Assembly: GCA_002269645.1 (NCBI GenBank)
Contig: NIVC01000819.1
Location: forward strand, 1 to 64,000
Source: Macrostomum lignano
Taxonomy: Eukaryota
Length of the DNA: 64,000 bases
Direction of reading: 5' to 3'
The notes below the pieces were generated by a model. The model was not told where the DNA came from, did no database searches, and saw only the letters and a program-made list of their open reading frames with translations. Below, one piece after another: positions 55,795-64,000 of this stretch. A program made the translations under genes and the position numbers. How positions within the stretch are numbered: the stretch's first letter is position 1; the number at the start of each line of letters is the position of its first letter.

Positions 55795-56010
55795 ATCCAT
55801 AATCCCATTAAATCCATTCATACTATCCCTGACAGAATCAGAAAAAAAAGGGGGGTCGCACTCGCTCACAAAACGTCCTCCATAATCCCATTAAATCCAT
55901 CCATATTATCCCCGACAGAATCATGAAAAAGTGGAGGGGTCGCACTTGCTCCGAAAACTTCGAACATAATCGTATTAAATCCATCCATATTATCCCTGAC
56001 AGAACCAGTG
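55795..56010. repeat. Three ~83-bp subterminal repeats in the presumed Polinton TIR
   Basis: CATAATCCCATTAAATCCAT.CATA.TATCCC.GACAGAA at ~55798, ~55881 and ~55964. Confidence 0.8.
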
Positions 56011-56138
56011 CATAACAGATGTCCACTAACACCTGTTATGTTCATTGACACAGACATAATCCACTGACATCCACCCATAGCATCTTCGAAACAATCAGAA
56101 AATAATCTGCATTCTTCTCCCCAAATTCAATCCGCAAC

Positions 56139-56456
56139 GTGCTACCACATCCCAAAGACTTTAAATCATCAGCGCAGGGTCCTTACCCTTTGAAAAAATC
56201 TAAATTTTCTCTAAAAATGTTTCCAGTTGTCTCTCCAGGTTCTTATTATACTCAGCCTCATCCATTGTACAAATCCAAGTACCGATGCAAACTAGAATGC
56301 AGCGAGTACATGAGAAAATATTGGCCCGGCGTTGATATCAATGTCCCTAATATTAATCAAGCTCTCCAAAGACACTGGTTTCATAAGTATGGAGTAACCT
56401 ACGTAAAAGATTATGACAGCTACTATAACTTTGCAGAAGTTATAAGGCAATTGTGA
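56139..56456 (+). CDS. Small Polinton hypothetical protein
   Basis: ORF between the terminal region and the penton; no recognised motif; true start uncertain. Confidence 0.35.
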   Translation: MLPHPKDFKSSAQGPYPLKKSKFSLKMFPVVSPGSYYTQPHPLYKSKYRCKLECSEYMRKYWPGVDINVPNINQALQRHWFHKYGVTYVKDYDSYYNFAEVIRQL

Positions 56457-56460
56457 TTTC

Positions 56461-57323
56461 TCACATTCTCTCAATGATTAACGTCAATACAAACTCTTCA
56501 CCGTTGAAATCAACACCCATCCCATCTTCAGTCTCAAACTGTAGCACAATCTCGTGAATCTCCTTATTACTCAATACAACTCTTTTCACTGGATTTGGTT
56601 TCTCTACCACCATCTGTCCTCCAGCAACAGAGTTGGAGATGTTGTACAAAATATTCGTTCGCTTTCCCTTAAATACCCAATCAAGACTGAGATTGCTTCT
56701 GATTAGAATATTCAAACCCTTTACAATGTCTGCAATATTGGGTGCTAAGAACAAACCGCTTACATTTTCCCGGGCCATTTTAACGGTCCCCGATGCTTGA
56801 GTGGCGGTCCGCGCCGCGGATTCTGCCTTATAAACTTTCTTCTCGAATCCCAGTTCCCTATACCAAGTGTCATCTTTAAACTCAACCTCCGCATCTTTGT
56901 GAACTTGCATGACCACTCTCATTACAGTGAGATCATAGGTAGTTTGACAGGGAACAGTTTCTTCTCTGGCTTACTCGCATCAGGTGTCTCAAAATGGCCT
57001 CTCTTAGTAAAGACATTTTCTAGAAAGTTATTGTAGGTATCCACACTTTGCGTGCTCACATGGAATACCACAGGGTCTGCTGCTGCACCTTTCCATTTGT
57101 AATAAAACTTATTATTTGCTGCCATCACATTGGGAACGTTTGACCAACCAGTGAAGTCGTTAAGATAGACATGGTAATTAGCACCTGGATCCAGGCGAAT
57201 CGCCTGCTCTAATTTTTGAATAAATATCCCGTTTGAGTCATTAATTCGCCCAGTTATTGTAATAGGAATGCTCTCCTTGGAGTGAGAAACAATATTATTT
57301 AGTCTTTCAGCAATCGCTTCCAT
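56461..57323 (-). CDS. Minor capsid protein (penton), one frameshift near 56945
   Basis: C-terminal NILY.I...GGQMVVEKP...IHEIVLQFETEDGMGVDFNGEEFVLTLII pattern typical of Polinton pentons; adding 1 nt at AAA gives VKTTYDLTVMRV. Confidence 0.8.
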
Positions 57324-57346
57324 TTTTTTTTCACATAAAAAAATAT

Positions 57347-58630
57347 TTAAACTTTACTGGATGAATTGTTGATCATGTTAAGCTTCACCTTCCTCTCAAA
57401 TGCATAGATAATGTACAGGTCCACGGGTGTTGCGAGTCCTCTCAATGTTAGTCACGATATTCACAGGGCTGTTATCAGTAGGCATTTGTCTGGCAGACAC
57501 ATCAGCGCCAAACATTGGATATAGAGTTCCATATTGAAGAGCAGTGATAGCAATTCCATTGTTCTCTTTCACAGCCAAGTCGACCAACTCGCTATAAAAT
57601 TTGCTAATCTTGTTCTGACTGAAATCTCCATTTTGTGGCAGTGCAGGGTAAAGATTATCACTGATTTCATGCTGAATGGACGCACGTCTCCATGCATGTA
57701 GCGTATAATGCTATTTGGGTTTCTCATATTAATAATGATATACCTTGGATTGCTGCATGATCCCTCTTTAATGCAGATGTTTGTTCTAGTTTCGTTTCGC
57801 TCATCTCGACACATGTAGGCCGTGTATGCAACATCAATGTCCTTCTCTATTGCCTTAAGATAATCCGCTTTTAGTGCAGTCTTTGGCTCAATGACTTCCA
57901 AATACAGCTCGATTCCGGTTAGCTTCACCTCCATCCTTGTGTGGTCCGCCCCAGTCCACAACACTCTACTGCGATCATCTCTAGTCAGTCTAAATGTGTA
58001 GCTAAAGTTACTAGTCAGTCGATTAAATGTATTACAGAATCCACTCATGAATCTCAATGGTACAAATACATCAACAGACCGATACAGCGGGTTCTTAGCA
58101 GCATCATCAGCACCTTGCAATGCATAGTTGTATCTCTTCTTCCTCTTTTTATAGCCACTGTCATTGATATCTCCTTCTTTTTCATCTGCAATAAAACCCG
58201 CACCACTTCCCAACTGAATAAAATCAGGATTCTCGATCAAACAATGAGCGTCATAGACAATTCCAAAGTTGGCGATTCGCTCCAACTCAGTGCTCCCATT
58301 CGATACACTAAACTCCTTGAACATGTACGCCCAAAAGTTACTGATCAGAGCCACATCCGCATCATGCTTGTCAACGTTAGCACGAGCCGCATCCGCACCA
58401 CCCTTTGTCTTGAATTGAAATGTCATATGGAAGCCGCTCTTAAGACTGTGCACACTAACCAAAGACGAACATCCATTGTATGTAAATGTCAGTGTTTGGC
58501 CAGGACCAAGATTAGTTTCATTCTGATTTTCCTGACTGGGAACTCTTACCTGAGTCGCTTTGATTGTGCTATCATCACTCAAAATAGGCTTGTTAATTTT
58601 GTAGAAAACTGGTGTCAGTGGGTCGTTCAT
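57347..58630 (-). CDS. Major capsid protein (double jelly-roll), frameshifts near 57680 and 57440
   Basis: NFWAYMFKE, VFVPLRFMSGFC, LTGIELYL; repaired tail DNLYP..YPMFGADVS..DLYIIYAFERKVKL resembles Polinton/adintovirus MCP; adjacent to the penton. Confidence 0.82.
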
Positions 58631-58660
58631 TTTTTAACTAAAAATAAAATAAAATAAGAA

Positions 58661-59888
58661 ATGAAGCGAAAAAGTACACAGCAGATATCTGAATTGGAGA
58701 AGCTAGCACAAGCAGAGAAACGAGTTACCGGGCTAATAAATAAGGAGCAACAATCCTACAATGAGTTTGTCCAAGCAGCCACAGAGTTTCATAAACCCGG
58801 GTATGGAGAAGCTAAGAAAAATATTGATCAGGTCAAAGAAACTATCGACGACATACAGGAAACCCAGGTGCAAAAGGCTTTGGGCAAAATTCCAGAAGCA
58901 CCACAGATACAGCCGCAACCACAGACACAACCGCAACCACAACAATCACAACAACAATCACAACCACAACAGCAACTAAAAGTGACAGATAACATTTTTG
59001 GACCAGTAGAGCGTGTAGAACATGATGGGAAATATGTATTTGGAATAAGTATGTGGAGAAGAAACATTTATAATGAACCAGTGGAATATTATATCGACAT
59101 AAATAAGGAAAATATTTCTGTTGTCAAAGGCTCAGAAACTATGAAAATTCCTTTCACAGACACCTTACTGACTTTTATGACCAAGAACCAAGAGAAATCT
59201 CGAGAAGCAGCTAAAGAACTACAGAAATCTAGTGACTTTTTCTCTTGTTAGAGATATAGAAATACTAAAGGTCCCAGAAGTTCTGAAACACATGTACGAT
59301 AGCGGTGTCAACCTGACTAAATTCAAAAAGTACAAGCACTTTAAACAATGGTTCGATTTGCCAGATCAGGCGGAAGTCATAAAATATCTAGAACAACAAC
59401 AGCAACAACAACCACAACCACAGCAGCAGCAACATTTCACAGAAGTACTCAGGCAACTGGAAAATGCAGATCCGACTCAAGTAGCTAAATATAAAAATGA
59501 TCACCCAGATGCCTGGCAACACTTAGAACAACACTCTCCAGATCGAATGAACAGAATCAAGCAAAGAGTTTTCACACCTCAACAAAGACAGGCACCACAT
59601 GACAGTTCCATCTCTGAAAGTGAGCAGTCTTTTGCATCACCTCCCCAGCAGCTACAAGCCCAACCAACTCCACAACCCCAAGACCAACCGCCCTCAACTG
59701 GAAAAGGAATTTCTGAAATCTACAAGCGAGTAGCGGTTCTTCTAGGAGCAGCAAAGACCGGAATGAAAGATGAAAATAGAAAAGAATTTGTCAACATCCT
59801 GGACAAAATGATGGAAAAAAGTATATCGACAAAGGGCGAGAGAGCTTCTGCTTTCGCGGTTCAACAAAAAATAATTTATTTCAAGTAA
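58661..59888 (+). CDS. Gln-rich Polinton protein, probably one ORF split at a T-run near 59240
   Basis: Two consecutive ORFs with Q/P tracts; C-terminal GKG..EIYKRVAVLLGAAKTG..EFVNILDKM motif recalled from Maverick ORFs. Confidence 0.55.
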
Positions 59889-59890
59889 AA

Positions 59891-60278
59891 ATGCCGATTA
59901 TTTTTGAAAAGACGTGACAAATACTATGACAAAGAGGAACTTAATCTCATTAAACGCGGATCTGGACTTTTCCCTGCAGGCCACTATCCAAGAAAAGAAC
60001 GCTCTGGGAACGGTCTTGCCGATTTGATCGCTCAGGGGGCCAAGATTTTTAAGGTCATTGGAGAGAACAAAGAGAACATCAAGAACGTTGCCGAAGCGGC
60101 TGGCAGTGTAGCCACAGCAGCCAAAAAGATAAAGGATACTGTAACACCTAAACAAGAGATTCAGCCTCCACTGGCCCCGCTGGCTCCATTGGCCCCAAAT
60201 ACAGACAGTGTGGACCCTGCAGTCTATGAGAAGATGAGGGCTAGCATTAAAAAAGGAAGTGGTTTCAAATTTGACTAA
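59891..60278 (+). CDS. Small basic Polinton protein with repeated GxG motifs, candidate protease-processed core or membrane-lytic protein
   Basis: KRGSG, RSGNG, KKGSG; amphipathic LADLIAQGAKIFKVIG segment; the ATG at 59891 joins the 59904 frame if one T is removed from a T-run. Confidence 0.5.
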
Positions 60279-60319
60279 AGGGTACTTTCCGAGGGTACAA
60301 GACATGTAAGAGTATAAGA

Positions 60320-60410
60320 CTAGTCCCAAAATGACACATCTAAGTCCCAAAATGACACAGCCAAGTCCCAAAATGACACATCTAAGTCCCGAAATGACAC
60401 ATCTAAATTA
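60320..60410. repeat. 21-bp tandem repeat (GTCCCAAAATGACACATCTAA), 4 copies, intergenic within the Polinton
   Basis: Read directly. Confidence 0.9.
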
Positions 60411-60445
60411 TTTATTATTTAAATTTTTTTTTCATCATAGAAAAA

Positions 60446-61246
60446 ATGGACTTTTCAAACGACTTCAATCCTCACTGGACGCGTAATCAGATTAAGTTTT
60501 CTCATCACGAGTCAATTCCGAGTCACTTCAGATGCATTGTTGTTGGTTCATCAGGTTCAGGTAAAACATTCAGAGTCTTTAACATGCTTCTTAGACCTGG
60601 CTTTATCGACTATGACACTCTGCACATCTACTCTCCCACACTGTATCAAGATGAGTATAAAATGTTGATTTCTGGATTGCAAAACAAACTGCACAAAGAG
60701 GACATTATTGCATGTTTTAATAACCAAATGAGCCTTCCCAGTAACCCTGAAATTGTAGCTGCTGAATATGCAAAGCACCTCAAAGACAATGAAAAATGGC
60801 AGAACATTAAAGTGTTCACCTATGGAGATCCACAGGCTGATCCAAAGACCAAACTTCTACCCCAACCAGATGAGCTAGAAAAGGGGAGAAAGCATTTGAT
60901 CGTCTTTGATGATTGTATGACAGGCCCACAGAAGCAGATAGAAAACTATTTTACAAGAGGGCGACATAACAATTGCAATGTAATTTACATTGCACAGAAT
61001 TGGTTCGAGCTCCCGAACAAAACAATTCGTGGGAACTGCAATCTGATTCTCCTGTTTCCAACCATTCCACAGGACAGGCTAAAAAGATTTTACAATGAGG
61101 TCATTGCGCCTGCCTATTTCATAAATCCAACAAAAAACTCAAGCAGAAAGATTTCACAAGAGGAATTCGTTAATCTTTGCTATGACAAGTGGAATCAGCC
61201 TTACCAGTTTGTGATTATCAGCAAAGAAAAAAGAACTGTAATTTAA
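60446..61246 (+). CDS. A32/FtsK-like DNA packaging ATPase
   Basis: Walker A GSSGSGKT, Walker B LIVFDD, then FTRGRHNNCNVIYIAQ..IRGN, diagnostic of Polinton/poxvirus A32-like ATPases; uninterrupted. Confidence 0.95.
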   Translation: MDFSNDFNPHWTRNQIKFSHHESIPSHFRCIVVGSSGSGKTFRVFNMLLRPGFIDYDTLHIYSPTLYQDEYKMLISGLQNKLHKEDIIACFNNQMSLPSNPEIVAAEYAKHLKDNEKWQNIKVFTYGDPQADPKTKLLPQPDELEKGRKHLIVFDDCMTGPQKQIENYFTRGRHNNCNVIYIAQNWFELPNKTIRGNCNLILLFPTIPQDRLKRFYNEVIAPAYFINPTKNSSRKISQEEFVNLCYDKWNQPYQFVIISKEKRTVI

Positions 61247-61262
61247 AATTTGCTATTAAAAG

Positions 61263-61994
61263 ATGTCGATAAACTTTGCAGGTGAATCCATTTCTGGCAA
61301 CAGCGCTCTTACATCAGCTCAGATATCCATCCTTGACAGGCGATATATCAACAGCGACGAAAAGATCCCAGAGATCAAACTGAATAAAAACAGACTGAAA
61401 GCCCTAGAGCGCTCCATGCACCAGTTGCAAATAAACATGGAAGATCTCAGGCTTAAAGTAGCTAGGCAGAAGTTTGAAAGTGATAAGCTTTATGCGCCGT
61501 TGTTAAACGCAACTAATGAACTAAGGTCAGAAATAACTTCGATAGTCTCGCTAATCAACGGCTTGAGATCATCAGTTAATCTTCTGGGAAATTCCACTGA
61601 TAGACGGATGCGTATTCTCGAAGGAGGAGTTTTCACAAACACAGCTAAAGTAAATAATTTAGAAGAGTTCATGAACCAGTCAACAGCATTGCATGATAGA
61701 ATTAAAGAAAACGTCGCAACCAACACATGTAAAGTGAGGAATTTAGAAGAGTTCATGACTCAGTCAACAGCGTTGCATGATCAAATCAAAGTAAGAATTA
61801 CTGCAATTAAAGTCTTTGTAGATTTAGTTTTTACCGAATGGCAGAAATCGGTGAGAAGAATCGGTCATCTTGAACGCTTGCATAATCTCGAAAACATTGA
61901 CGCTGAAGAGGCACCACAGACCACAAGGGAAACAAGTGATCCAACCGACTTGTTTGAGATCATGCGTAGAATGGAGCTCACAGATAATGAATAG
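61263..61994 (+). CDS. Coiled-coil Polinton protein with an internal duplication
   Basis: Heptad-rich 243-aa ORF; KV.NLEEFM.QSTALHD.IK occurs twice. Confidence 0.65.
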   Translation: MSINFAGESISGNSALTSAQISILDRRYINSDEKIPEIKLNKNRLKALERSMHQLQINMEDLRLKVARQKFESDKLYAPLLNATNELRSEITSIVSLINGLRSSVNLLGNSTDRRMRILEGGVFTNTAKVNNLEEFMNQSTALHDRIKENVATNTCKVRNLEEFMTQSTALHDQIKVRITAIKVFVDLVFTEWQKSVRRIGHLERLHNLENIDAEEAPQTTRETSDPTDLFEIMRRMELTDNE

Positions 61995-62104
61995 GCAGAT
62001 TCAGAGACCTGTTGCCGTGACTGCAGACAAAGCAACCAAACGTAAAACAAATCTAACCACCACCAACTAGTTGCCGATTTTTTTTTTTAAAAATTCCTTA
62101 AAAA

Positions 62105-62640
62105 ATGGATGCTCAAAATTCTCTTTATGATCCGAACGCTCCCACAGCACCTAGTGTACCTAGTGCACCCCAATATGAGCAACAAAAACTCTACCCCGTC
62201 ATTACTTGTAACTCTCAGCAGTTTCGACTGGTGGAGATTCAAAAAATGCGTGATGATCTTGAAAAAAATATTTTCCACAACACAAAGAAAATTAAGCGCT
62301 ATGACAACCACTGTAAATTTTTCGACTACAGCAATATGATTCTAGGATCTGTGTCTGTTCTAACTGGGTCTGCTGCAGCTGTCTCAGTGTTGCCAGCCAT
62401 CACAGCCCAATCGCAATCCCTCGGCTCTGTGGGTGCTGCATGTGGACTTATTTCAGCAATTACTGGAGCATTAGCGCGAAACAGGCGAAAAAAACTAAAG
62501 CAGCTACAGGAGAAGCAAGTAAAAGAGAAAGGGTGCACACTTCAATCATAGGGTACATTTCAAGGGCAATCGAGATAAGTTCATTTCAGAGGATGAGTTC
62601 AAAACCATTCAGGATCTTTATGAACAATCAATTCGAATGA
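62105..62640 (+). CDS. Conserved Polinton membrane-associated protein (LYP/FRL motif, hydrophobic hairpin), frameshifted C-terminus
   Basis: KLYPV..QFRLVEIQK..KKIKRY, two hydrophobic segments, a basic cluster, then SIIGYISRAI and KFISEDEFKTI in other frames; pattern recalled from Maverick ORFs. Confidence 0.6.
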
Positions 62641-62782
62641 ACTTGAACATGGTCGGTACTGATGACATGAGTCAGCTGAAAAATGAACTCGAGAAAGTTT
62701 TTCAACATTATGTGGAAAGAAAGTCGGCGAAAAATTCGGCAAGAAATTCGGCAAGAAGGACGACGAGAATGCACAATGAACC

Positions 62783-63183
62783 CTATGAAACACAGCCAAG
62801 AATAATTTCCTTGTAGGTCTTTCGTGTTTTGGTCATTGCATACAAAACAGTCATGCACAGCTCACCGCAAATATCACTGCTAAGACCTTGGAGAATAAAG
62901 TCTGAGCGATAAATTTTTTTATTATTTTTCCCTTCATATAATTTCTTAGCTCTTCTGGTACTGCCGTCCCATAGCTATCGAAGTAATAACACTTGTGCTT
63001 GCGATCGGGATCAATCACCCAGCAAACCCAATGAGATCCTGGCTTATCGGTGGTGTCAAAGTTCATGATGCCGCATTCTTTTCTTAGAGGAAAATCAGGC
63101 AGAGTGTCCCTCATAAATATTCCTCTAAAGTTTGGGATTTCCAGTTCGTTAGCCAAATCTTCGAGAAAGTTATTTGTCGTCAT
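62783..63183 (-). CDS. Adenain-like cysteine maturation protease, frameshift at an A-run near 62915
   Basis: GIMNFD..PGSHWVC (His), YYFDSYG (Asp), and in the next frame LQGLSSDICGELC (Gln, Cys). Confidence 0.92.
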
Positions 63184-63257
63184 TTTTATGAGTTTTATTA
63201 AACTTTCTCTTAAACCTAAACCTAATCTCCTAATCTCCTAAACCCAACCTCCACCTC

Positions 63258-64000
63258 CTAAACCCAACCTCCTAAACCTAATCTCCAGTGCCCGAACGGT
63301 AGACTGTTAATATTGTCATCAAAAATGAATCTCTTGTTATCTGCACCTGACAGTCCAATCTTCTTTTGCTGAATTGTGTGAATAATATGGTTTTTAGATT
63401 GTAGCTTTGAGAACTCATGTGATGTCTTTTTGTTGCAATTCAAGGCGTCTCTGTATTCAGCTTCATTAATTTCCTTCCTAACCACACGTTTCGGAATTCC
63501 CTTTGATTTTTTAATTGGGTCTGACGACTCACATTTTACAAAATAGGACTTTGCTCTCAACCCAATGAATTCAGTGATTATGTCACCAGCAATCTCGTCC
63601 TTCATTTTCCCAATCACTTTCTTGTTAGTGCGTCAAACACTTGATCGCCATTCTGTGTCCTGAAAGATTCATCATACTCAGACAAGTCAAACAAATCTTT
63701 TTGCTGCAGCATGTCCTGATAAATGTCTTCTGTTTGAATGTCCATAATAAAACTGTCTGTGTCAGTGTACAAGAGTTTCATTTTATCCTTGTACTGCTGC
63801 TTCATGCCATAGAAGAACTGGTACATCAGACGTTTTGATTCGTCGAGAACAGTGACACCTGTATAGATCGGCTTGCGCAGCGTCACCTTGGTTTTGTAAA
63901 ATATGATCACACCTAAGTAGCTATTAAAGATATGGAGTTCTTTGAATGTTGGCTTTGACATATTTGCCTGAATAACAGCAGGCTCTGATGAGGTAACAAG
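63258..64000 (-). CDS. polB: Protein-primed family B DNA polymerase, C-terminal part; frameshift near 63620; continues past the window
   Basis: KLLYTDTDSF (motif C), DLSEY, GKMKDE, EFIGLRAKSY, KGIPK, DNKRF. Confidence 0.95.

Larger units (their letters stand above)
55752..64000. mobile_element. Polinton/Maverick (adintovirus-like) element, left part; continues beyond the window
   Basis: Starts with AGTAG exactly where homology to the D1 upstream region (40537) ends; carries penton, major capsid, ATPase, protease and pPolB ORFs; sharp shift to AT-rich, intronless, densely packed ORFs. Confidence 0.95.

Noticed and set aside
57941-58657. 238-aa plus-strand ORF opposite the major capsid gene, and other antisense ORFs over BEL, LINE and WSC exons
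   Set aside because: Shadow ORFs of coding sequence on the other strand, with no motifs of their own.

Overview
Eukaryotic (invertebrate metazoan) repeat-rich DNA. Short GT-AG introns, TTAGGG repeats and a WSC-gene expansion suggest a flatworm such as Macrostomum, but this is inference only. Three layers are visible. (1) A cluster of ten small two-exon genes for secreted proteins: signal peptide + WSC domain with an extra loop (exon 1), a phase-1 intron, then a linker + PAN/Apple-like Cys module (exon 2). Exon 1 is highly diversified while the exon-2 core is nearly constant. The cluster grew by segmental duplication (B; B-C-D; B-C-D) and includes mosaic and chimeric copies. (2) Mobile elements: a BEL/Pao LTR retrotransposon nested in a decayed DIRS/Ngaro element; an intact APE-RT-RNaseH LINE with a 13-bp TSD; RTE-like fragments; two tRNA-derived SINE families (one CORE-like); a Penelope-type minimal hammerhead; and the left ~8.2 kb of a Polinton/Maverick (adintovirus-like) element encoding penton, major capsid, packaging ATPase, protease and pPolB, whose left junction is pinned by the empty paralogous site. 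(3) Many minisatellites, several expanded to very different copy numbers at homologous positions of the duplicated units. No database searches were run; family calls rest on motifs read by eye.
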